DNA from: an uncultured virus (IMG/VR IMGVR_UViG_3300044732_000510)
Lineage: Duplodnaviria > Heunggongvirae > Uroviricota > Caudoviricetes
Length of the DNA stretch: 64,000 bases
Reading direction: 5' to 3' (one strand)
Virus record (IMG/VR): IMGVR_UViG_3300044732_000510
Position numbers and translations under genes: made by a program
The notes under the pieces: model-generated
Databases searched by the model: none
The model's input: only the letters and a program-made list of their open reading frames with translations
What the model was told of the DNA's origin: nothing
In this document: positions 38,901 through 47,800 of the stretch, piece after piece
Layout: each line of letters opens with the position of its first letter
How positions within the stretch are numbered: position 1 is the stretch's first letter

Positions 38901-41900
38901 ACCATCTGATGTAGAACCTGGACCTCTTTTAGAAAGCTCTTGTTTATCATGGTTATACTGAGCAGAATCTCCAAGGAATAAATTACCCATCTCAAACTTT
39001 TGAATCCAGTCATTGTATGCATATGCTTTTAATAAAGCATCTTTTACTTCTTCTGAATACAATAAGTCTTTAGTTTTATCTATCTGTTCTTGTGTATATC
39101 CTAATTTATTTAATAACTTTTTCTCTAAGAATGGAGTTTTATCTAGATAATCTTCTTTTAACTCTACAATAGTTTCATTAAAATAATCTGCTATGTCTTT
39201 AATAATTCTATCTCTAAGATCTGTATTTGTTTTTAAATAACTAGGAAGATCAATCAGTGGGTCCTGAATAAGTTTGTATAATTCTACCTGAGTGCCTCTT
39301 CTAAGTATATTATCAAACTGTGTAAATACTTCACCAGCATAAATATCTTCACCCTTTTTATTTTTACCTACTACTCTGTTAAAGCCTTTGATTTTTCTAA
39401 ACTCATCTTTGTTTTGCTTGAACATTCTGATTCTGTCAAACTCCACAGCAATGTAGTCTATAAAGTAATTATCAATAGCAAATAACTCACCATTGGTGTA
39501 TTTGTTATTACCAACATTTCTAAACATGCTGACATCTACCCATAAGTTTGCATCATCACCTTTAGATATATTGTATATAGGAGATATAAACTTAGGTATA
39601 CCACCAGATACTCTTGCACCAAATGATGATTTTTTCTCAGCCATCCTGATAAATTCTTCTACTCCATCAAGCAACATGGTATGCATACCTTGCATGAATT
39701 TTCCTATTGGATCTAAGTCAGTTGTATTTGTACCATCTGTACCAATTTTAGTACCTGCTGTAAACAAATGTTCTATACCTTTACCCTTTCTTTTATCATA
39801 TACTTTTTTAGGATCCCTTGTATTGAATATAGTTGCAAACAATTTAGATCTTAAAGTAAAAGTATTTTTAGCAGGATTAAATCCACTCATGTGTTGAAAA
39901 TCAGTATTTTCCCACATATCAGACAAACTCTCTACTGTATTGATACTGTCTATTATTACAGATACTTCACTATGATTAAGAGTACCATATACTAAATTAC
40001 CATCAGGTAATAACATCCCTGGGTTTGCTGAATCATAACCATAAGTGACTTGTAATTCAGCAAGTCTGTTTATACCAGTTTTTTCAAGAACAGGTTTTAC
40101 AAAGTTTGGTAGAATACCTTTAGGTATTTCACTAGTGAATACATCAATAGGATTGGACTTAAATTTATTTAAAAATTCAAGTTGCTTTTGTGTTGCAGAT
40201 GCTTTGTTATTATCAATAGTATTAAAACCTGCAACAACATCATAAAGAAACTCTACACCGTAGTAATCAAGCTTATCATTAAGATCTTTTTTAATTACAG
40301 GTGTGTCATCTAAATTAATACCTAAAGCTTTAAGAAACTCAAATGCCTTATTTGCATCCAATGCTTCACCAGATCTATCAGCAAAGTCTTTTGTTACAGC
40401 AGCAATATCTAATATAGATTGATTATCTAAGTTTTTAGATATGTACTTTGTACCTAAGCTACCTTTAAAACTTGCTTCAAACTTTTTAACTGTACCATAA
40501 ATCTCTAATGAAGAGTCTGTTACATCAGATTCATAACCTATTACTATTTCTCTTTGCTCCCCGGTGATTGGATTAAAATCCATACCCATTTGCGGGAACA
40601 TAGTAAACTGTTTATATGTTGCAGAAGGTTTAGAGAATGTTTGCCAGAATGATGAACTTATATCTTGCTCAAAAGTATTTGTAATCTTAGTAGGATCAGG
40701 ATATTTAAAATCCATCAACTGTTTTATCTCTGGAAACTTAGCAGCTTCTTCTAAGAGTTTATTATATGCTACTTCTCTATTTCTTATACCACCAGTAGCT
40801 TTAGTTACTATACTCCATACTTTTCTAAAGTCAGCTTTCTCTTTAAAACCTAATCTGTTTTTAGGAATAGATCCATCTTTGTTTATTTTATGCAAGCTCT
40901 TAAGAATATACAGCACTTCTTTCTGAGCCAACTGTAACATAGACTTTTTACCAGTACTTTTATCTTTGATAATTTCAGAATCACCTTCTGTAGTTTCAAT
41001 AAAATTATCAACCTCATCTCCATTCTCATCTGTCTCATCAGTAACATCTACATAGTATTTAGTTTTACCAATTTCAAAATCTGAATTTTGACTATAGTAT
41101 GCAAGCATACCTTGTGGAGCTTGATCTTTTGTATCATAATCAGGTTCTCCAAAATTATCTATAGCTGCTTGAAGAATTCTTATGTTATCAAGTATAAATT
41201 CTTGATCCTGAGTTAGCTCATAATTAGGTACTTTATTAAGTATTACATCAGTATATGTATCAGCACCACCTTTCTTGTAGTTATCATACTGTACTAATGC
41301 ATCTGACTGTCTTGATACTACTATAATACCTACTTTCTTACCATCTTTCTCAATTGTTTTATGCTTAAAAAAGTCTCCAACAATTTTTATAGTATGCCAG
41401 TCTTCACCTTTAACTCTCTCTCCTTTTTTAATATCCGGTTCTAAATTTTCAAAACCATCTATCTGAGAAGACAATAATACATACTTATCATCACCAGTTT
41501 TAGTTTTTAAGATAGCAACAGCATTACCTTCTAATGATAAATCTACTTCATCATTAACATCTTTTTCTAACTTGTTGATCTTATTTATAGTAACTACATT
41601 ATCCTGATGTTCTAATTGGTCTTTAAATTCTTTAAGTTTTTCCTGGAGTTTTTCTTTTACATATGTAAATGTAAATGCTCTTTGTTCAGGATCTAATAAC
41701 ATTGCTAATGTTCCTGATCTTAAACTTTCTGTTTCACCTGAAGCTTTTCTATATGTAAATAAATCATCAATCATTTCTGAGATAATCATATCCATAGAGT
41801 CAACCATAAGCTTTGCATCTTGCTCACTTAATACACTCTCTCTAGAATTAACTACACTTCTGACACCTCTGTCTAGATTAAAAAATCTAACATTGCTTAT

Positions 41901-44867
41901 GCTGGCAGAATAATTATTTAGTAACTCAGGATGTTTATCTGAAAGATTTAATTTTGTAAATAACTCCCTAACACTTGGCACAGCCATGGCATCAGTAGTC
42001 AAGTTAATTGTGTTTGGTTTTGTTTTTATACCAAAAAAAGACTTCAAGAAATTCATTATTCTTCTGAATATTGTATTTCTCTGTGGCATACCTTTTTTAG
42101 TATAAGCCTTTTTCATATACTCTCTAAAATCTTCTGCTAGCATTTCCTCTATCTGGAATGCGCTCATATTTAGATAAGGCTGTTTACCATCAGCATCTTT
42201 AAAGTTCTTTACTTCATTATATAAAGATTTCTTCTGCTGCTTAGTCATATATAATTGAGTAAATACGTGCCATGCTTCATGGTACATATCTACAAATGTT
42301 CCTTTGTTAGGATTAATATTAATACTACCCAAAGTTTTAATCTCTGGATTTAATAAAGCAGCCGCATTAATAACAAACTCAGCATTTACATTTGAGTTAA
42401 TTATATTAAACATAGTTACAGGACTGATATACTTTTGCATATCTTGTCCTAGTGGAGTATTATTCCAGAAGTCTTCTACAGCATCTAACTCTTCTTGAGT
42501 TACATTTTCTAAATCATAACCAGCTCTTTTTAAAGAATTAAAATTTAATTTAGCAAATGGACTTTGTGGTGTAGGTATCTCAGGGTCTTCAGTTTCTTTA
42601 ATTATATCAGCTTCTTTTTCTATCTGCTCTACTTTTGGATCAGAAGCAAAGTCTGTTTCCTGAACATTACCTATAAGATTACCATTAGCATCATATACTT
42701 CAACAATATCAGTAAATACTTTACCGTCAGCCTCTTTAAATGGATTCAATACTAAGTATGCTCCTTCTAATGAATCTTCAGAAGTTATATTTAATTGTGT
42801 AACAGAAGGGTCTTTCTTATAGTGATTAAAGAAATAAGCTTTATTACCATTAGGTTCTGTAAACTCATATCCTGTGCCTGATCCTGGAGGTCTAGTGATA
42901 GTACCTGTAATAAGTTCTTCTTTGTTTAATCTATCTACTAGAGCATCTTTTATAACTTTTGCACTTACTGGAGTCTCTTTCTTTAAGTCCTCAGTTTCTT
43001 TCCGTACTTTTTCTACAGTTTCATTAAATGTACTAGGTACATGAAACAACATGTTTCTATTAAAGAAACCTGGATTAATTCCAGCTATAACTACTGCACC
43101 ATTTAATGTTTTTAGATAATCAGCATACACTGTAGGTACAAACTCTTTATTAGCTCTATCATATAATATAAAGTCCTTAGCTTTGGTTTCTGAAGGATAT
43201 GACATATATGTAGGTTCATTGTTTTTTGTACCTTCTCTTAAAGTGGTTTCAAACTGAGTTCTGAATTTAGCAATGTCTTCTGGTGAGGCTGCTTGTAAAT
43301 TTTTATTAGTAATAGTTTTTTCTACAAGAAGGTCATTCTCATTAAAACCTTTTTCAGTACCAATTTTACTATACAATTTTATTTTAAAAGATTTATTATC
43401 TTCATTAGGCATAATGCTATGCTTTCTCATTTTGTAAGATAATGTTACATCTTTATTTTCTGGAAGAAATTGAGAATAAAATCTTTCCTTTAATTCATAC
43501 GGAATAGTAGGACTGAGTAATACATCCATTAACTGTTGAATAACCTCTTCAGTAATTTGAGATCTCTCCACCCAGAAGTTATTTCCATTTATGTTAACAT
43601 ATGCGCTACCTTTTGCTAAGCTACCTCTTTTTTTTGCTAATGTTTTTATTCCATCAAGAGTCTTTGCTTTTATTCCTGGAAACTTAATTAACTCAGAAAG
43701 AGGAATTCTTGAACCTGAAAGTGACTGTGGTATTCCAGGAGACATACCAGCAAAGTCAAGCATAACATCTTCAGTTTTTGCTTTGTTTTTTAAAGCAAAC
43801 ATTTTCTTTAAATCAGCTTCTCTTTCTTTAGTAAGTTTTTTTACATACTCATCATAGTTACCATCTAACTCTTCTACATATGTTTCTTTAGCTACTGTTT
43901 CTATTGGAGCTATTTGATCTTCAATACCATATATATCAGTTACTCTAAAGCCTTCAGCTGTTTCTCTGATATCTCTTAACAACTGATATGCTAAAGTGCC
44001 CTCATGTTTTTTAGTGATGTTACCATCTTTATCAAAATAGATGTTTTCACCATTCTCATCTGTAACAACAAGTATAACTCTATCATCTGCTTGTGTAACA
44101 TCTTCTTTTGCATAACCTTTTTTAACTGCTGTATATGAATCAACTAATTCAGTTACAGTAGCTTCATCAATAGCACTTCTATTTTTTTGTGCAAATGTCC
44201 GGAAGTTAGTAGCCTTTATCTTAATAGTCTTACCCTGATAGATAAATGGTTTAGTAAAGTCCTCTTGCATTAAGAACTGATCATTAAGCATTGAGACAAT
44301 ATCACCTACAGCTACTCTAGTTTCATCCAACTGTTCTGCAGTTAATGTATCTTTTTTTGAAGGCTTAACTTTTTTAAACTCATTTAGTGTTCCGGAAAAT
44401 ACATTAAATGATTTATATCTTTCTGGTGCTTTTACATTCTCTGGTTCAGGACCCTCTTCTAATATAGTAGCATTCTCTGTTAACTTTTTAAGCTCAGCTG
44501 CATCTCTAATATTTTTAATATTATCCTTATCAGATTTTGTAAATCTCTCAACAATACCAGGTAGTGAGTCTTCACTTGAAAACTCTTGTATAGCCGGAAT
44601 AACAACATCTGTAAGACCTTTTACTGATCCTATTTTGCTAGCAAACTTAGTAGTAGCTAAGATATTAATAAACTTAGGTACTTGCTGTAAAAACTTAGCA
44701 GCAGTTTCTGGATTTTCCCTTTTGCTTATTTCATCAAAAAGAGTTTGCATATATTCATTAGCATCAAATGCAGTTGGTTTATTTGCATCTAACTTTGATT
44801 TCATAGCATTATATGCATGCTTGTATAAGTTTTTAATCTGGTCAGAGGAGAGAGCACAAGATATCAT
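32937..44867 (-). CDS. giant virion-associated two-barrel RNA polymerase with zincin-like and C-terminal NADAR domains
   Basis: Catalytic GSDFDVDK (37254-37268) preceded by GPRIPT; HEAWH..EEMLAE (42267-42281); NADAR motifs at ~33491-33930; ATG 44867 just after the upstream stop. Confidence 0.88.
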   Translation of the reverse strand: MISCALSSDQIKNLYKHAYNAMKSKLDANKPTAFDANEYMQTLFDEISKRENPETAAKFLQQVPKFINILATTKFASKIGSVKGLTDVVIPAIQEFSSEDSLPGIVERFTKSDKDNIKNIRDAAELKKLTENATILEEGPEPENVKAPERYKSFNVFSGTLNEFKKVKPSKKDTLTAEQLDETRVAVGDIVSMLNDQFLMQEDFTKPFIYQGKTIKIKATNFRTFAQKNRSAIDEATVTELVDSYTAVKKGYAKEDVTQADDRVILVVTDENGENIYFDKDGNITKKHEGTLAYQLLRDIRETAEGFRVTDIYGIEDQIAPIETVAKETYVEELDGNYDEYVKKLTKEREADLKKMFALKNKAKTEDVMLDFAGMSPGIPQSLSGSRIPLSELIKFPGIKAKTLDGIKTLAKKRGSLAKGSAYVNINGNNFWVERSQITEEVIQQLMDVLLSPTIPYELKERFYSQFLPENKDVTLSYKMRKHSIMPNEDNKSFKIKLYSKIGTEKGFNENDLLVEKTITNKNLQAASPEDIAKFRTQFETTLREGTKNNEPTYMSYPSETKAKDFILYDRANKEFVPTVYADYLKTLNGAVVIAGINPGFFNRNMLFHVPSTFNETVEKVRKETEDLKKETPVSAKVIKDALVDRLNKEELITGTITRPPGSGTGYEFTEPNGNKAYFFNHYKKDPSVTQLNITSEDSLEGAYLVLNPFKEADGKVFTDIVEVYDANGNLIGNVQETDFASDPKVEQIEKEADIIKETEDPEIPTPQSPFAKLNFNSLKRAGYDLENVTQEELDAVEDFWNNTPLGQDMQKYISPVTMFNIINSNVNAEFVINAAALLNPEIKTLGSININPNKGTFVDMYHEAWHVFTQLYMTKQQKKSLYNEVKNFKDADGKQPYLNMSAFQIEEMLAEDFREYMKKAYTKKGMPQRNTIFRRIMNFLKSFFGIKTKPNTINLTTDAMAVPSVRELFTKLNLSDKHPELLNNYSASISNVRFFNLDRGVRSVVNSRESVLSEQDAKLMVDSMDMIISEMIDDLFTYRKASGETESLRSGTLAMLLDPEQRAFTFTYVKEKLQEKLKEFKDQLEHQDNVVTINKINKLEKDVNDEVDLSLEGNAVAILKTKTGDDKYVLLSSQIDGFENLEPDIKKGERVKGEDWHTIKIVGDFFKHKTIEKDGKKVGIIVVSRQSDALVQYDNYKKGGADTYTDVILNKVPNYELTQDQEFILDNIRILQAAIDNFGEPDYDTKDQAPQGMLAYYSQNSDFEIGKTKYYVDVTDETDENGDEVDNFIETTEGDSEIIKDKSTGKKSMLQLAQKEVLYILKSLHKINKDGSIPKNRLGFKEKADFRKVWSIVTKATGGIRNREVAYNKLLEEAAKFPEIKQLMDFKYPDPTKITNTFEQDISSSFWQTFSKPSATYKQFTMFPQMGMDFNPITGEQREIVIGYESDVTDSSLEIYGTVKKFEASFKGSLGTKYISKNLDNQSILDIAAVTKDFADRSGEALDANKAFEFLKALGINLDDTPVIKKDLNDKLDYYGVEFLYDVVAGFNTIDNNKASATQKQLEFLNKFKSNPIDVFTSEIPKGILPNFVKPVLEKTGINRLAELQVTYGYDSANPGMLLPDGNLVYGTLNHSEVSVIIDSINTVESLSDMWENTDFQHMSGFNPAKNTFTLRSKLFATIFNTRDPKKVYDKRKGKGIEHLFTAGTKIGTDGTNTTDLDPIGKFMQGMHTMLLDGVEEFIRMAEKKSSFGARVSGGIPKFISPIYNISKGDDANLWVDVSMFRNVGNNKYTNGELFAIDNYFIDYIAVEFDRIRMFKQNKDEFRKIKGFNRVVGKNKKGEDIYAGEVFTQFDNILRRGTQVELYKLIQDPLIDLPSYLKTNTDLRDRIIKDIADYFNETIVELKEDYLDKTPFLEKKLLNKLGYTQEQIDKTKDLLYSEEVKDALLKAYAYNDWIQKFEMGNLFLGDSAQYNHDKQELSKRGPGSTSDGNAHLSDKPFQNFINNTFNKVTYATKESERTDEELDNFEFDGTFNTGVIADAVRTSVYLPEYQKAWTEYYTNLLSKKYKGEELVKKVKERVAKDSEPYENMTESDGCGLITFDAYRLLKKAANAWGPQQESLYQDIIAGVNVDPKKVKQFFSVYKLHYYGDIANSPIAAKAMHKFALNPIIPTVAVKGTALYDLHVKMMKDNMQYVLFGSGSKVSTLTDRTDGKFDNIFGDKDMTSVNKDAYITPNVIYLEYLKDVTKVADKLKNEISVPTQQRMIVLDSLFDAGDLRNTKNKEVVENYENAVAGYTNILEKELLNKIGYELKDGKYQGRLDKLVELIREELGTKEVPENLIKLLDTRVNDSLSMDFSIHPESDLIEKVIVNRIQKTIVKQKTKGEAMVQMPSTFYNGVWDTPYRIEQDPDLRKKYLGSNNLPFYTQGEIINKKTGERANTNLMKVAIPLNGDFLNLLNLKHNDEQPIGDIDRLNEMIKNDEWLAKHREVITITGPRIPTDKANVIVGAEVWHFLDAAVGNTVIVPSEIVAAAGSDFDVDKIFFMFPNINSKGELVQEVEGLDEKIAKINAAKKKNPKLKGPDSLIAQQKKYLQNKLIKDTVALLSLPENFVLLTKPNATYLVEDNIKFFEKVTKQYSEKKTRHKEDVRTNDGKEVMSPTRTNELGYNLSVFDKNLTGSKPLGIFAKKNKTHVIYKSIGGKLPRSYKATVWDEALKKYRETNTNYDMVLRLKHNKVKNAKGETVISIGSELNVDYEKIGDIISHGLQGLLDRAKNPFPKTLNIITESSGLVLHLLETGTSVMDALAFINIPLAVEYFNQQKILGSATGKLVEPDLAKHQVKGASASRVVKDAIKLMSEEQKKEIKDVVRGVNLKRMYDLLDNLQKEDRNKEYAFLLIGQKVPQKAKLSDILGDNNFPIDQISEFREYKPGTPFTKMTALFKYSGSLTSNDNYYYAAQAMWERAFGNEKTIDSDELKDIVAEQDPASFKGLAMFLHLIQVEKQAKGMSDLEMMFSPDTGLLDTTLLVKKRDEAYKNFSEMSKIDSETLERLRYKSLLSSFYKSNLILDIVLPLFPLRLNESIQNFLSEKLLDQRDFITQRYGVGQKGQERFINTYNNAIVNYIFQNSMSNFNTPAGEIVELPEAYHGIPVVKTEGQATPVILKDGQLLIDREKAEADYKAKVFLETTQGENSHAARGLDTFKMSENPFKTLDSYVKYLTELEYLKSIDTPESLANDKRYQRFVKQNNSEQVGYEKYISEKALMKSFNNAFIMGTTKYSYTNMVMDTIKEFDSQNLKERFPVLNQLAPAKNIKEVNVIELNDKADAKGTIAESYYMNLRQLADPSVRKVTYKDRVMEEADNKRITEVFEDFSLMMFYQHGTGYSKFGFTKVLDPVDYIKEMQPAANSFLNNNLNTAVFEQVYNRMMVKSMFKNYLVKADNYADPKPLTQEELDEMSAEANAAILAMGSIDTELGPNETNEDDPTEEPTEEPEGIKNFNKKNLFTVTPVQAADKKATIKASIATQFIGFGEGISGSSTELYRQQAGALANTGNYSADDVVFVSVPGKRGDAAIAKREQDKTIKEAIKAVEAGATILTDNKAYTDASTYNTGEKRLYANMEAKGYNYSEITVDNQVIGTWSKPTQPSTTLPGPETKINIYAGTGENAELSNFAVRPFEGGKVKTNYQTVEGAFQASKLSYTSLTLAEKLPFVNALSKATGAEARKIGKQIPGLNTKGWDENSSEIMKKLLLESFEQNPDALAKLLATGNATLTHTQDKGKWGTEFPKLLMEVRNELKDAQPSTQSIEEDFNLNITDQITILEAELADLEDMKQGMLERSIPVLIATNLPKIKPDSARRETGTGVGTAKDINPGMLSNNDVSVERAAEMLSENLFYEGSGFPEIDVQEIRDYIIDILQTGVKNYVDEFTDQNKIDNVKAKIAELKQEKQNAADANTGIQLNLFGDMNAPEGYPSIPRTPKDCQ

Positions 44868-44869
44868 TA

Positions 44870-47800
44870 TCAACACTTTAAATTAGAGAATAAATCATTA
44901 TCAATTTCATCAGAAGATTGGTTATCAGCTTCATTAGTAGCTTGGTTTCTCAGATTTGAGTTTTCTAAAAACTCATCAACATTAACCATGCTTTCAGTTG
45001 TAAAATCAATTTCTGTTTGTGTTGGTTCATATTTAGGTGCAGCAGGTGCAGACTTATCATCTAACTGCTCAGGGGATACTATATAATCATTCATTTCATT
45101 AAATTTAACTGTAAACCTGTCTCCATTACTTGAATTTAATATGATTTCTTCATTAGCTTCATCCACACTTTCAACAGTAACTATCTCACCTGCATTTACT
45201 TTTGTTTCAACACTAACAATACCATCAAACTTCTCTGCAAATATATCATTTATTGTTATAAATTGTTGACCCGGAGCAGCTAAAACTGCAGATTCCATTA
45301 AACTTGTATTCATTTTTTCATTGATCAACCCCATTATATATTTGTAAGAGGCATCAGATATAGTACCTTGTGTTTTAGCCATGTTAGCATCCATACCAGC
45401 TTTAATAACATTACCATTTTGTATCTCATTAGTAATAGCATCTACAATGCTTGATTCATCTTGTGGTATTGCTTGTCCTTTTGGTTTAGATTTTGGTTTT
45501 TTACTTGGAGTAACTTGCCCAGTAACGTACTGTTCCATAAAATCCATAGCTGTCATGTAAATACCAGTACGGACATTATTTGCATCAACTACTTCAAACT
45601 TAACATTTTTGTCTAAGTTAATTATAAACGGCTCAGACTTAGGATCTCCAATAGGTTTTTGATTTAACATCAAATCTGGATTAGATGGTTTCCCTGCTCT
45701 GTTTATATAACCAGTTTTTTCATAGTTAAGTTCTACTGGCCATATTGCTATTTGGAATTCATCATCAGATGCTAGTTGAGATAAGTTAGCATAACCTACT
45801 TGTTGTAGTGTATTATCTATTTTTTTGTCATAAGATAATGTACCAAACTTATTGTATTCTAGATATTTTCTTGTCTTACCTGTCTTTAAATCTACTATGA
45901 ACTTTCTACCTTCTCTATCTACAAATATGAAGTCTATCTCACCAGCAACCGGAGGTAGTGGATTACCATCTGCATCTTTTGCTTTATCTGTATATACTAT
46001 TAAGTCTGTAGAGAATATATAAAACTCCCCGGCATCAGCTCTCTTTTTAATATTAGTTATATAACCATCTTCACCAAATAGGTCATCATATGCTTCTTCA
46101 CTAATATATTTAGAATCAAATACAGGACCTGCTGATGTAGGATCAAAGACTGCTTTAAATTGATTATCTAAATAGATACCATTAGCCTTAGCTGTCTCAT
46201 ATGCATTTTCTATAGCATAGTTAATCACATAATTTTTAAGATCAGATCTAATTTCTGGAACAGCTTGCTTACCTCTCTCAGCTGTTTCTTTTAACAAGTC
46301 ATAAAGTTCTTGTCTTCTCATTCTGAGATTCTCAGCTCTTAGCTTATTACCAGCATCATCAGCCTCATCTATCTGCTCATTAAGTTTATCTATCTTTTTA
46401 TTGAGATCATCTAGATCTTTTTGTACTGATCTTAGTGTTTTAGCTTCTGTAGGTTCAGAAACTTTTTGTACAGGTCTTACCGGAGCTTGTTCTAAAGCAT
46501 CTAGTTCTTGATTTAACAAATCATAATATCTATCTTTTATAGTTTTAAGAAAAATGGCTCTCTCATCATCATACATCCATGATGTATCTTTTACAGCTTG
46601 AGCACCACTTAATCTATTAATAGAATTTCTATATATTGGTTCAGTAAAAGCAGCATCTAATATATCATTAAGAATATCTATAATTTTTTGTTCATTCCCT
46701 TCAGCAACCAACCTAGGTTCTACAACAATTTGTTTTTTAGGATTTACTTTTTTGGGAAGTTGCCAAGCATCTACTTCTTGTCTTCTCCTTTCTATCTCAG
46801 CTCTCTTAGCATTTATCTCAGCTTGATTAGTGACAGGTTGTTCTAAAGCAGCTAGTTCTGCATTATACTTAGCTTCAATAATATCATAAGGATCTATCTC
46901 AGCATTGTACTGGCTACCGCCCATTACTGTTGCAGTTCCTTTAACATCTACATCTAAACCATCAATATTAAATTCTGTATTTCCAGATTCTTTACTAAAT
47001 TTTATTAAATTACCATTTCTTTCTTCAAATTGCCAATTAAAATAAAAAGACATAAATTTATATATACTTTTTAATAAATCATTTGATGACTCTTTAAGAT
47101 TAAAAGAATTTCCTATTTGATCTTTTATAGATTCAAGTTTAGCTAAATCTTCTTTTTTTCTTCTTTCTATATCAGCTCTCTTAGCTTCTATGTCTTCAGC
47201 AGGAGCTGTTTCAGTTAATGGTTCTTCCATTAAAGAGTTTAACTCTTCCTCTAACTCAGTATAGGTATAGTCCTCAAAACCATCAGGTTCCTCAGATTTA
47301 AGTTTAGATATAAAGGCTTTTATTGACTCTTCTGTAAGTGGTCCAGCACCAATAGTTTCATCATAAGCATTTTCAAGAATAGCTTTACCAGGATACTTAA
47401 AGCTATTATGATGTTGTCTGATCCTATTGGTCATCCTTTCATAAGCCTTACCTTTGATTATATAGTTTCTTCTAGTTGCTGTGTACTCATCATCAGATAA
47501 CAACATAGCTTTAACTTCCTCTACTGATTTAGCCATAGCTTCAGTGGATGCAGAAGCACCATATTTATTTAATCTTTCTAAAAGCTCAGCTCTTAAAGCA
47601 TCATATTTTTTTCTTACTTCAGCTATGTCAGCATCAGTAGGTCTGTTTATTATTTCAAAGATCTCACCACTAATATATCTAGTGTCTGATTCAAGGTCTA
47701 CTACTTCTCCCTGGGCATTGTCTTCTCTTAGTATACCATCTTGGTCTTTAAAGAAGGTTGCTGTTTTTTCTACACCCTCTTCTTTATATGTAACATCAAT

